Source: an uncultured delta proteobacterium (GTDB taxonomy: Bacteria > Desulfobacterota > Binatia > Binatales > Binataceae). Taken from it: DNA of 64,000 bases. Position numbers and translations under genes: made by a program. The notes beneath the pieces are model-generated. The model did no database searches. It had not been told where the DNA came from and saw only the letters and a program-made list of their open reading frames with translations. Location: contig CAVRVY010000003.1 in assembly GCA_963724765.1 (NCBI GenBank), forward strand, positions 1,408,001 to 1,472,000, written 5' to 3'. Below are positions 53,135 to 61,706 of this stretch, piece after piece (within the stretch, counting starts at the first letter, position 1; the number at the start of each line of letters is the position of its first letter).

Positions 53135-54478
53135 TCAGGATTTGTTTCGCATCGTCACGAACTCCTCGGCCGCGGTGGGATGAATTCCGATGGTCGCGTC
53201 GAACTGCGCCTTGGTCGCGCTGCACTTGAGCGCGATCGCGAGGCCCTGGATGATCTCGCCGGCGGCGTCGCCCACCATGTGGCATCCGAGCACCCGATCG
53301 GTCTCGCGATCGACCACCAGTTTCATAAAACTGTGCTCGTCGCGGCCGCTGAGCGTATGCTTGAGCGGCCGAAAGGTCGACTTGTAGATGTCGATCGCGC
53401 GATAGCGCTCGCGCGCCTGGGCCTCGGTGAGACCCACGGTGCCGATAGTGGGCTGGCTGAAGACCGCGGTCGGCACGTTGTCGTAGTCGGGGGTCTTCGG
53501 ATTGCCGCTAAACAAGGTTTCCGCGACGGCCTGTCCCTCGGCGATCGCGACCGGCGTTAGCTGCATCCGATCGGTGCAGTCGCCGACTGCGTAGATATTC
53601 GGCGCCGACGAGCAGGAGTAGGAATCCACGACGACCGCGCCCTCGTAGTCGAGCTTCACTCCCGCCCGTTCCAGCCCGAGGCCGCGCGTGTTGGGAGTTC
53701 TTCCGGTTGCAAACATGATCAGGTCGGCTTCCAGCGTGGCGCCATCGGTCAGCGTTGCGCAAACTCCGCGCGGGAGTTTTTCGATCCGTTCGACCTGGCG
53801 GTTGAAACGAAGATCGATTTCCCGCTTGCCCATTTCGGCCGCCAGCGTGCGGCGCAGGTCGTCGTCGAAGCCGCGCAGGAACAGGTCGCCGCGATGCACC
53901 AGCGAGACCTTTGCGCCCAGGCCGTGGAAAATTCCCGCGAATTCGACTCCGATATAACCGCCGCCTACCAGGATCGCGCGCGAGGGAAATTGCGGCAGAA
54001 AAAACGCCTCGTTCGAGGTGATCGCCAGTTCGCCGCCGGGAATCGTCGGCGTGGAGGGCCATCCTCCGGTCGCAACCAGGATGTAGCGTGCGGTGTAGCG
54101 ATCGCCTCCGACCACCACCGTGTGCGCGTCGGCGATCGTCGCCCGTGCGCGCAGGATTCGCACTCCATTGTCGGTGAGGAGTTTCTCGTAAATGCCGTTG
54201 AGCCGCGCGATCTCGCGGTCCTTGTTGGCGATGAGCGTGCTCCAGTTGAAGCTGCGCTCGCCGACGCTCCAACCGAAACCGGCGGAATCGTTAAAATCTT
54301 CGCTGAATTCGGAAGCGTAAACGAAAATCTTCTTCGGGATACAGCCGACGTTGACGCAGGTGCCGCCAAGGTAGCGCTCCTCGGCCAGCGCCACCTTGGC
54401 GCCGAATTGCGCCGCCATCCGGCTCGCGCGCACGCCGCCCGAGCCGCCGCCGATCGTGAACAGGTCGTAATCGTACAT
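53135..54478 (-). CDS. gor: Glutathione-disulfide reductase
   Basis: GGGSGG, GGTCVNVGCIPKK, GGGYIG and C-terminal HPTAAEE. Confidence 0.93.
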   Translation of the reverse strand: MYDYDLFTIGGGSGGVRASRMAAQFGAKVALAEERYLGGTCVNVGCIPKKIFVYASEFSEDFNDSAGFGWSVGERSFNWSTLIANKDREIARLNGIYEKLLTDNGVRILRARATIADAHTVVVGGDRYTARYILVATGGWPSTPTIPGGELAITSNEAFFLPQFPSRAILVGGGYIGVEFAGIFHGLGAKVSLVHRGDLFLRGFDDDLRRTLAAEMGKREIDLRFNRQVERIEKLPRGVCATLTDGATLEADLIMFATGRTPNTRGLGLERAGVKLDYEGAVVVDSYSCSSAPNIYAVGDCTDRMQLTPVAIAEGQAVAETLFSGNPKTPDYDNVPTAVFSQPTIGTVGLTEAQARERYRAIDIYKSTFRPLKHTLSGRDEHSFMKLVVDRETDRVLGCHMVGDAAGEIIQGLAIALKCSATKAQFDATIGIHPTAAEEFVTMRNKS

Positions 54479-54529
54479 GGAAGCGGGGCCTCTCCTTTAC
54501 GCGAACAGCGAAGCGAGTCTGTTTCTTCG

Positions 54530-54586
54530 GTCATCCTGAGCGAAGCGAGTTTGCGAGCGGAGTCGGCGGCCTTCGCTCAGGATGAC
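54530..54586. repeat. REP-like palindrome with a 16-bp perfect inverted repeat
   Basis: GTCATCCTGAGCGAAG (54530-54545) and CTTCGCTCAGGATGAC (54571-54586), between selD and gor. Confidence 0.85.
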
Positions 54587-54601
54587 AAAGCAAAACTGAC
54601 A

Positions 54602-55675
54602 CTACACCAGCTCGATCGCGAAGCCGGTTTGCGCGACCACCCGGCCAATCACGGCGGCCTCGAGGTTGCCGCCGGCCTGCAACTCGGAGAGCAGCGGCAG
54701 CGCCTGGGGTTGGGGCAGCGCGATCAACAGGCCGCCCGAGGTCTGCGGGTCGAAAAAGATCTCCGCCATCTCGGACGCTACTTCGTCGGAAATTCTGACG
54801 CGAGCGCCGTAGAACTCGCGGTTGCGCCGTCCGCCGCCGGGAATCATCCCCTCACGGCAACAATCCAATGCGCCGGGGAGCAACGGCAGGTCGGATTCCT
54901 CGATTCGCAACGTGACCCCGCTGCCTTCGGCCAGCTTGCTCGCATGGCCGGCCAGGCCGAAGCCGGTGATATCGGTCGCCGCATGGACCTCGTGACGCAG
55001 CATCGCGCGCGCCGCCTCGGCGTTGAGCGTGGTCATCGAACGCACCGCCGCTTCGTAGTGCTCGGCAGCCAGGCGGTCGCGCTTGAACGCGGTCATCAGG
55101 ACGCCGGTGCCGAGCGGCTTGGTGAGCAGCAGAGCGTCGCCGACGCGCGCGCCGACGTTGCGCACGATATGCCGCGGATCGATCACCCCGGTCACCGCCA
55201 TCCCGTATTTCACTTCATCGTCGGCGACGCTGTGTCCGCCGACGATCACGACGCCGGCCTCGCGCGCTTTCTCGGCGCCGCCGCGCAAAATTTCGCCCAG
55301 CATCTCGCCCGGCAGTCCTGTCTGGGGCCAGCACACGATATTGAGCGCGGTCTTCGGCGTCCCGCCCATCGCGTAAATGTCGGAGAGCGAGTTGGCGGCC
55401 GAGATCTGGCCATAGGTGAACGGGTCGTCGACCACCGGGGTGAAAAAGTCGACCGTGTTGACGACGGCGATCTCGTCGGTCAGACGATACACTCCGGCGT
55501 CGTCGCCGGTAGTGATACCGACGAGCAGGTCGGGATGGCTTCCCGGGTCGAACCGGCTAAGCGCGGCTGCGAGGTCCTCCGGACCCAGCTTGCCGGCTCA
55601 ACCCGCCGCCTTGCAGCGCGCGGTGAGCCGGATCAGCTCGCCACGCGTCGCATTATTGCTGCGCTGTTCAGGCAT
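54602..55675 (-). CDS. selD: Selenide, water dikinase (selenophosphate synthetase), selenocysteine-containing
   Basis: From ATG 55675: MPEQRSNNATRGELIRLTARCKAAG-TGA-AGKLGPEDL...GDDAGVY, continuing in frame into the ORF-track protein (TVDFFTP, ANSLSDIYAMGG, GGHS, DPQTSGGLL). The TGA at 55598-55600 sits at the catalytic Cys/Sec position (U-x-x-K). Confidence 0.95.
55566..55589 (-). promoter_or_regulatory. Putative bacterial SECIS element in selD
   Basis: GCUG-G-GGUCC-style hairpin: upper stem GGUCC/GGACC closing a GGA loop 17 nt after the UGA, lower stem GCUG/CAGC. Confidence 0.75.
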
Positions 55676-55718
55676 CGTCGGTTATTTTGGCGCAAGCCCG
55701 GCCGCCGCGCCATCATCA

Positions 55719-57662
55719 TCATGGGTGTGCGCGCAGGCGGCGGGCGTCGCCGACCCGCGTGGTCACGCCCGAGTGGTCGAAATAGTCGAGCAGCGCGATC
55801 GCGAACTTGCGCGAGGCGCCGAGCAGGTCGCGAAAGGTCGCCGCGGTTATCTCGGGCGCGGTCTTCAGATGGTCGAGCAGGCGCTGGCGCGCAGCTTCCA
55901 TCGCCTCGCGGCTGAAATAGAGATCGCTCGCGATTTTCACCACGCGGCCCTCGCGCTCGAGCGCGACGAGCAGCGTGCGCATCCGCGCGAGTTCCGAGGG
56001 CGGCAGCTTGAGCTCTTCGGCGAGTTGTTTGAGATCGGGCGGATGGAACTGCGCGCTCTTGAGCGCCTCGGCGAGCCGCTCCCCAAGCCGGCCCTCGTCG
56101 CCACCGAGTTTGACCCGATGCGACTTGAGCCGGAGCACGCTTTCCTCGCGCACGAGTTCGGATTCGCGCCCCAGCCGGTCCACCAGCGCACGAAACGCGC
56201 GCGCGCTCACTTCGTAAGGCAGCCGCTCGCGCAGCGCCTCCATCTCGAGCCCGGGTGAGAGCGGCTCCGCCTGATGATGCGCCGCGACTGCGGTCGCCGC
56301 GTAGCGCTTGAGCTCCTCCCATTTGCCCGCCGTCGTGTAGCCTTCCTCGTCGCCGAGCGAGAGCTTGACGAAGCGGCGATCTTTGAGCGCTTCGTCGATC
56401 TCGCGCGCAGGGGCGTTGAGCAGTTGGGCGACCCGCGCCGCGGTGACGGCGAAACTCTCCTGCAAATCGATCAGCGCTTCGATGGTCGCGGGTGCGAGCG
56501 CGCCCTCCAGCGCGCCGAGATGTTTCAGGTAAACCTCCAGTGGCCTGCGCACGCGCCGCCCGAGCGGGTTGAGCACGACGCCGCCGCCGAGCGTGCGCCG
56601 GCTGGTCTCGTCGCGGATGACGAAGCGGTCGCCGGCCAGCGCGACCATCGGCTCGTTCAGCACGAGCTGCACCAGCGCGCTCTTTTTGGGCGCGATTTCG
56701 CCCGGCGCTTCGAGCACGATCGCACGGCCGATAGTCTCGGCGGTGCCGATGAACAAGCGCACGCGCTCGTTATTCTTGAGCGGGCGCTTGGCGGCCGGCC
56801 GAATTTCCAGCCGCGCGTCAAATCGCATGGTCGTCAATTCGAGCCGATCGTCCGCAACCACGTCGCCGCGCTTGAGCTCCATCCGCTCGGCGCCGCTCAG
56901 GTTGAGCGCTACGCGCTGGCAGAGCCCCGCGCGCTCGACCGGCTCGGAATGAACCTGGATCGAACGCACCCGGACTTCGTCGCCCGCGGGCAGTACGCGC
57001 AGCTTCTGGCCGACGCGCACCTCGGCACCCATCGCGGTTCCGGTCACCACCGTGCCGTGACCCTTGATTATGAACGCGCGGTCGAGCGGCAGGCGGAACA
57101 GCCCGGTCGGCCGACGTGCCTCGAAGCCCTCGAGCTGACGCGCGATCGCCGCGCGCAATTCGTCCAGACCTGCGCCGGTTACCGAAGAGACCGCGACGAT
57201 CGGCGCGCCCGCCAGACGCGTGCCGTCGGTCAGCAGTTCGATCTCGTCGCGAACTTCACCAAGGCGTGCGGCGTCGGCGAGGTCGGCCTTGGTGATGACG
57301 AAGATGCCGCTTTTGACCCCGAGCAGATGCAGGATGTCGAGATGCTCTTCGCTCTGCGGCATCACGCCGTCGTCGGCGGCGACCGTGAACAGCACGAGAT
57401 CGATCCCGTGCGCGCCGGCCAACATGTTGCGGATGAAACGCTCGTGGCCGGGGACGTCGACTACGCCCGCGCGCTTGCCGCCGGGCAGGGTGAAATAGGC
57501 GAAGCCTAAGTCGATCGAAATCCCGCGTTCCTTTTCTTCCTTGAGGCGGTCTGTGTCCTGGCCGGTGAGCGCCTTGATAAGCGCGGTCTTGCCGTGATCG
57601 ATATGGCCCGCGGTACCGATGATTGCGTGGGTGACGGCGTGATGAGTGACAGTGGCAGCCAT
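55719..57662 (-). CDS. selB: Selenocysteine-specific elongation factor
   Basis: [30 protein letters not shown] and C-terminal winged helix [13 protein letters not shown]. Confidence 0.96.
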   Translation of the reverse strand: MAATVTHHAVTHAIIGTAGHIDHGKTALIKALTGQDTDRLKEEKERGISIDLGFAYFTLPGGKRAGVVDVPGHERFIRNMLAGAHGIDLVLFTVAADDGVMPQSEEHLDILHLLGVKSGIFVITKADLADAARLGEVRDEIELLTDGTRLAGAPIVAVSSVTGAGLDELRAAIARQLEGFEARRPTGLFRLPLDRAFIIKGHGTVVTGTAMGAEVRVGQKLRVLPAGDEVRVRSIQVHSEPVERAGLCQRVALNLSGAERMELKRGDVVADDRLELTTMRFDARLEIRPAAKRPLKNNERVRLFIGTAETIGRAIVLEAPGEIAPKKSALVQLVLNEPMVALAGDRFVIRDETSRRTLGGGVVLNPLGRRVRRPLEVYLKHLGALEGALAPATIEALIDLQESFAVTAARVAQLLNAPAREIDEALKDRRFVKLSLGDEEGYTTAGKWEELKRYAATAVAAHHQAEPLSPGLEMEALRERLPYEVSARAFRALVDRLGRESELVREESVLRLKSHRVKLGGDEGRLGERLAEALKSAQFHPPDLKQLAEELKLPPSELARMRTLLVALEREGRVVKIASDLYFSREAMEAARQRLLDHLKTAPEITAATFRDLLGASRKFAIALLDYFDHSGVTTRVGDARRLRAHP

Positions 57663-57770
57663 GACACGAAGCAGAGCTTACTCCGTGCGGCGCCCTCGCA
57701 AAAAGAGCGGCGTTGGCGCACTGGTACGCTCCTATCGGCGATTACGGGAACTCTGACGGGTATGCGACAG

Positions 57771-57850
57771 CGTTGGGTTGGAAGCCCAACGGGCGGGCTC
57801 GGTAGGGGGGAGAGAGCCGAGCCCGCCCATTCATGTGGGCACAAGATGCT
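57771..57850 (-). ncRNA. Candidate structured sRNA or selB leader with two C/U-loop hairpins
   Basis: 12-bp stem 57791-57802/57817-57828 with minus-strand loop CUCUCUCCCCCCUA; second stem 57771-57777/57785-57791; directly downstream of a sigma54-like promoter. Confidence 0.45.
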
Positions 57851-57859
57851 CTAAGACAA

Positions 57860-57875
57860 AGCATCTTTCGTGCCT
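57860..57875 (-). promoter_or_regulatory. Sigma54-type promoter
   Basis: Minus strand AGGCACGAAAGATGCT has correct GG-N10-GC spacing against the consensus TGGCACG-N4-TTGCW. Confidence 0.6.
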
Positions 57876-58120
57876 ATGCCGCCGCTCGACAAAACCTTTA
57901 TAAAAGCCGGTTCTTGGTACGCTCTTTACCGGGGCAGATGCTTTTCTACGCGTAGGTATTACAAGGTTGAAAGATTTGCCCGCTTTCGCTTGTTCTGAAT
58001 CGTTTGGAGCGTCGTCGCAGCACTTCCGTTCGCTCGGGAACGAAAATGCAGCGACGCGCCCCGGGCGCCCGCGAATGGCAGCGCCGCCTCGTCCCATTCC
58101 GACGGCGTGCGCGCCCCAAG

Positions 58121-58498
58121 TTACTTGCCCTTTATCTGGTTCAGATAGGTCGCGAGATCGAAATAGTCGCGCCAGGCTTTGATCTTGCCCGCGCTGATCT
58201 CGAACACGCCCGCCACCGGTACCACCACCGGACGGCCGTTGACGATGAACGAATCGACGCGCTCGTTGAACACCGTCGCGCCCGCCGACGCGGTGCTGAG
58301 GATTTTGAACTCGATCTTGGTGGTCCCGGGCATGAAGCCGTCGATAGTCTTGCGAATTTCGGCTTTGCCTTTGGCGGCTGCGAGCGGGATGTTGTGGTAG
58401 ACCGCATCGTCGGTGAAGAACTCCATCACCTTGTCGATGTTGAGCGTCTCCCAGGTTTTGCAAAACCGGCTCACCAACTGTTCGTTCTCGGAAGCCAT
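58121..58498 (-). CDS. Limonene-1,2-epoxide hydrolase / SnoaL-like protein
   Basis: FTDDAVYHNIP, VFNERVD, GVFE and WRDYFD; AGGAGA RBS upstream. Confidence 0.9.
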   Translation of the reverse strand: MASENEQLVSRFCKTWETLNIDKVMEFFTDDAVYHNIPLAAAKGKAEIRKTIDGFMPGTTKIEFKILSTASAGATVFNERVDSFIVNGRPVVVPVAGVFEISAGKIKAWRDYFDLATYLNQIKGK

Positions 58499-58514
58499 CG
58501 TGAGATTCTCCTTC

Positions 58515-59024
58515 TCAGGGCTTGTCCGCTTCCTCATCGAGGTAGAAGCGGTCATCGTCCTTATTATAGCCGAACAGCTCGGCGAAGCGGCCCCATCCGA
58601 CGATCGTGGCGAACATCCGTTCCGGCCGCTCGTCCGGCAGGAGCATCGCGAGGTGTTCGAGCACTACTTCCTTGGAGAGCGAATGATCTTCCTGCCCGCG
58701 CAGGAGCCGCACGAAGTAGCTGAACAGCGAATGTTTCTGGAGCTGCTCGCGGATAATCCGTTTGCGCCCATTCATATCGCCGGCGAGAAACTCGCGCCCC
58801 AGCGGCTCCAACACCACGTCGCCGGCCGGAGTGGAGACCAGCCCCAGGATTTCCGCCGCCTTCATCACCTTGAGCAGATCGGAGAACTTGAAGTTGAGGT
58901 CGCGCGCGATCTTATAGCCGTCTTCGCGTCCGCCACGGTCCTCGAGCATCTCGAGCAGGCCGAAGACCCACGTGAGCTGGGCGTCGGGAACTGGATGAAT
59001 CAGCGACGGAGCAGCCGAGGGCAT
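58515..59024 (-). CDS. Stand-alone AAA-associated C-terminal domain protein (NitT/TauT ATPase partner)
   Basis: GLLEML...GGRED...AAEILG...GWGRFAELFGY; the start overlaps the ATPase stop (TGATG). Confidence 0.8.
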   Translation of the reverse strand: MPSAAPSLIHPVPDAQLTWVFGLLEMLEDRGGREDGYKIARDLNFKFSDLLKVMKAAEILGLVSTPAGDVVLEPLGREFLAGDMNGRKRIIREQLQKHSLFSYFVRLLRGQEDHSLSKEVVLEHLAMLLPDERPERMFATIVGWGRFAELFGYNKDDDRFYLDEEADKP

Positions 59025-59782
59025 CAGGCGCGCTCCTCGATCAGCGAGAAGACTTTGTCGGTCAGGTTGTTGAAGGATTCGCCCCGCCGATCGCGCGGAC
59101 GCTGAAGTTCCACCTTGATGTCGCCGACCAGCCGCCCGGGCCCGGTCGAGAGCACCAGGATGCGGTCGGCGAGTTCGACCGCCTCCTCGATGATGTGAGT
59201 AACCATGATGATGGTCTTGACCGGGCTGTCGGCGGCCTGCCACAGGTCGAGCAATTCCTCGCGCAGTCCAATCGCGGTCAGTGCGTCGAGCGCCGAGAAC
59301 GGTTCGTCCATCAGCAGCACCGCCGGTTCGACCGCGAGCGCCCGCGCGAGCCCCACACGCTGGCGCATCCCGCCCGAAAGTTCGCGCGGGTAGGCCTCCT
59401 CGAAACCGTCGAGCCCCACCTTATCGATGTAGTGTGTCGCAAGCCGCTCGCGCTCGGCAGGCGGGATGCGGCGCGCCTCCAGGCCCAGTTCGATGTTGGC
59501 CTTCACGCTGAGCCACGGCAGTAGGGCGAAGGACTGAAAGACCATCGCGCATTCGGGATTGATGCCGTCGACCTGCTGGCCGTTATAGAGCACCTGGCCC
59601 GAAGTCGCCGGCACGATACCGTTGATGATCCGCAGCAGGGTCGATTTGCCGCATCCCGACGGCCCGACGATCGCGACGAACTCGCCGAGCTCGACGCTGA
59701 ACGACATCTCGTTGAGCACGCGCATGCTGCCCTTGGCATGTGGATAGCTCTTGGAGACCTGTTTGAGCTCGAGCAGGGCCAT
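59024..59782 (-). CDS. NitT/TauT-family ABC transporter ATP-binding protein
   Basis: GPSGCGKST, LSGGMRQR, LMDEPFSALD and VTH. Confidence 0.93.
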   Translation of the reverse strand: MALLELKQVSKSYPHAKGSMRVLNEMSFSVELGEFVAIVGPSGCGKSTLLRIINGIVPATSGQVLYNGQQVDGINPECAMVFQSFALLPWLSVKANIELGLEARRIPPAERERLATHYIDKVGLDGFEEAYPRELSGGMRQRVGLARALAVEPAVLLMDEPFSALDALTAIGLREELLDLWQAADSPVKTIIMVTHIIEEAVELADRILVLSTGPGRLVGDIKVELQRPRDRRGESFNNLTDKVFSLIEERA

Positions 59783-59826
59783 GGATCGGCTGGGTCGGAG
59801 TCAGACATCGTCGATGCTCAACAGGC

Positions 59827-61548
59827 TCAGTCGAACCTGTAGCGTTCGGTCGCCACGTTGTACAGCCGGCGCCATACCAGCCGGTTGAGGCTTACCACTA
59901 CCACGACCATCGAGAGCAGGCTAAGCAGAATCATCAGGTTGTTGCCGGTCTCGTAGGTCGCGGCGTCGAGCAGCGCGCCCAGACCCAGGACCTTGTAGGT
60001 GTGCCCGCGGTAGACGAAGTATTCCGACAGAATCAGCGCGTTCCATCCGCCGCCCCATGCCGTGATGCTTCCGGTGACGATCGAGGGCACCAGCGCGGGC
60101 ACGTCGAGCTTGCGCCACGTGACCCATCGGCTCAGGCGGTAGCTGCGCGCGAACTCCTTGAGCTCCTCGGGAATCTGGCTGGCCCCGGCCAGCAGGTTGA
60201 ATAGCAGATACCACTGCATCCCGGTCAGGATCAGCAGGATCGACGCGAGATTCATCTCGCCGGTCACCTGGATCACTAGCACTACGATCACCGGGAACAG
60301 CGCGGTCGCCGGCATCGAGCCGACGATCTCGGCAATCGGCGAGAGCCATCGCTTGAAGCGCGGACTGTTGATCGCGGCCAGCGCGCACGGCAGCGTCCAT
60401 CCGAGCGAAATCGCATAAGCGATGACCATCCGGATGGTCGAGGCCACCGTCGCCGCGGGAATCTGCCGGACCGCCGGCGGCCAGGGCGTGAGCAGGACCC
60501 GCAGCAGCGCGTCGAGTCCGCGAATGATCGCGTAGATGAAAAGCGCGGTGAAGGCGACCAACGCAGTGTAGCCGGCGACACGGGCGACGCGGGCCACACG
60601 CTCGCGCGCGCGCGGCCCGAGCGGCGGGATGGCGTCGAGCAGACCTTGCACGAGGACCGCCAGCGGACGCACGACGAAGCGCACCGCACGATAGATACTG
60701 GGCCCCAGCAGCCCTATCGCATGCAACATTCCCAGCGAACGTTCGGCCTCGGCGCCGGAGGTGAACTCGTAGCGGAACTTTTCCGCCCACACTGACAGCG
60801 GCTGCCATACCACCAGGTCCATCGCGACGATGATCAGGAGCAGCGCGAGCAGACCGAGCGCCATCTCGCCGTTGCGGCCGCGGTTGGCGGCCTCCATCAG
60901 GAAGCTGCCCAGGCCCGGCAGCCGATAGGTCGAAGGGCCGGCCGTGATGATTTCGCAGGCGATGAGGAAGTACCATCCCGCCACCCACGACAGGATCGAG
61001 TTGTACACCAGCTTGGGCACGCATGCGGGGAGCGAGAGTTTGCGAAAGCGCAGCCAGCCACTGGCCCCGAAGGCCTCCAGCGCCTCGCGCGAATCGTCGG
61101 GGAGGGTCCGGATGGATTCGAACACACCGAGCGCGAGGTTCCACGCCTGGCTGGTGAAGATCAGGAACACCGCCGCCATCTCGACCCCCAGCCGGCTGCC
61201 GTGCGCGAGCGCGACGAAAAAATACACCGCGGCGGGAAAGAATCCGACCACCGGAACCGATTGCGCGATGTCGATCGCCGGGATCATCACCCGCTCCCAA
61301 ATCCGCCCGCGCGCCGCCATCATGCCGTAGGCGATCGAGAAGACCAGCGCGATCGCATACGCAACCAGCATCCGGTTGAACGAGCACAACGCGTAGTAGG
61401 GGAGATGGCGCGCCGAGACACTCAGTTTCGGCCCGTGCAGCACCGGCACGTAGTTGCGAAAGCCGAAGAACAACGCCAGCAGCGCCGCCACGATCAGAAT
61501 CGAGGCCGCCCCACTGATCATCCTCCGCGAAGTGATCTCCTGCTCCAT
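59827..61548 (-). CDS. NitT/TauT-family ABC permease with duplicated TM domains
   Basis: Two permease repeats (QSVPVVGF...WN / SMPATALFP...WY), GLGSF and WGGGWNA. Start uncertain. Confidence 0.88.
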   Translation of the reverse strand: MEQEITSRRMISGAASILIVAALLALFFGFRNYVPVLHGPKLSVSARHLPYYALCSFNRMLVAYAIALVFSIAYGMMAARGRIWERVMIPAIDIAQSVPVVGFFPAAVYFFVALAHGSRLGVEMAAVFLIFTSQAWNLALGVFESIRTLPDDSREALEAFGASGWLRFRKLSLPACVPKLVYNSILSWVAGWYFLIACEIITAGPSTYRLPGLGSFLMEAANRGRNGEMALGLLALLLIIVAMDLVVWQPLSVWAEKFRYEFTSGAEAERSLGMLHAIGLLGPSIYRAVRFVVRPLAVLVQGLLDAIPPLGPRARERVARVARVAGYTALVAFTALFIYAIIRGLDALLRVLLTPWPPAVRQIPAATVASTIRMVIAYAISLGWTLPCALAAINSPRFKRWLSPIAEIVGSMPATALFPVIVVLVIQVTGEMNLASILLILTGMQWYLLFNLLAGASQIPEELKEFARSYRLSRWVTWRKLDVPALVPSIVTGSITAWGGGWNALILSEYFVYRGHTYKVLGLGALLDAATYETGNNLMILLSLLSMVVVVVSLNRLVWRRLYNVATERYRFD

Positions 61549-61706
61549 GACCGGCGCCAAGCTCTCCAGCATAACGCGCCGGCGCGCAGGCTCAAGCGCG
61601 GCGCGCATTAACGCGATGTTACGATGAGCGCGAGTTGATAATCTTGTCCCGGTGGTCAGCGCCCGCGTTGACAATCGGGTCAGGGCCAAATACCCGTTTT
61701 CACCAG

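Noticed and set aside
53894-55915. Long plus-strand ORF (673 aa) and similar long antisense ORFs, e.g. 36611-38563 and 9841-11208
   Set aside because: Shadow ORFs opposite well-supported genes, expected in high-GC DNA.
57663-58120. tRNA-Sec (selC) next to selB
   Set aside because: No TCA anticodon arm, T-loop GTTCGA or cloverleaf found by eye on either strand.
59022-59026. Sec read-through fusing the ABC ATPase to the AAA-associated domain
   Set aside because: The downstream gene is in a different frame (TGATG overlap), so UGA read-through would not fuse them.
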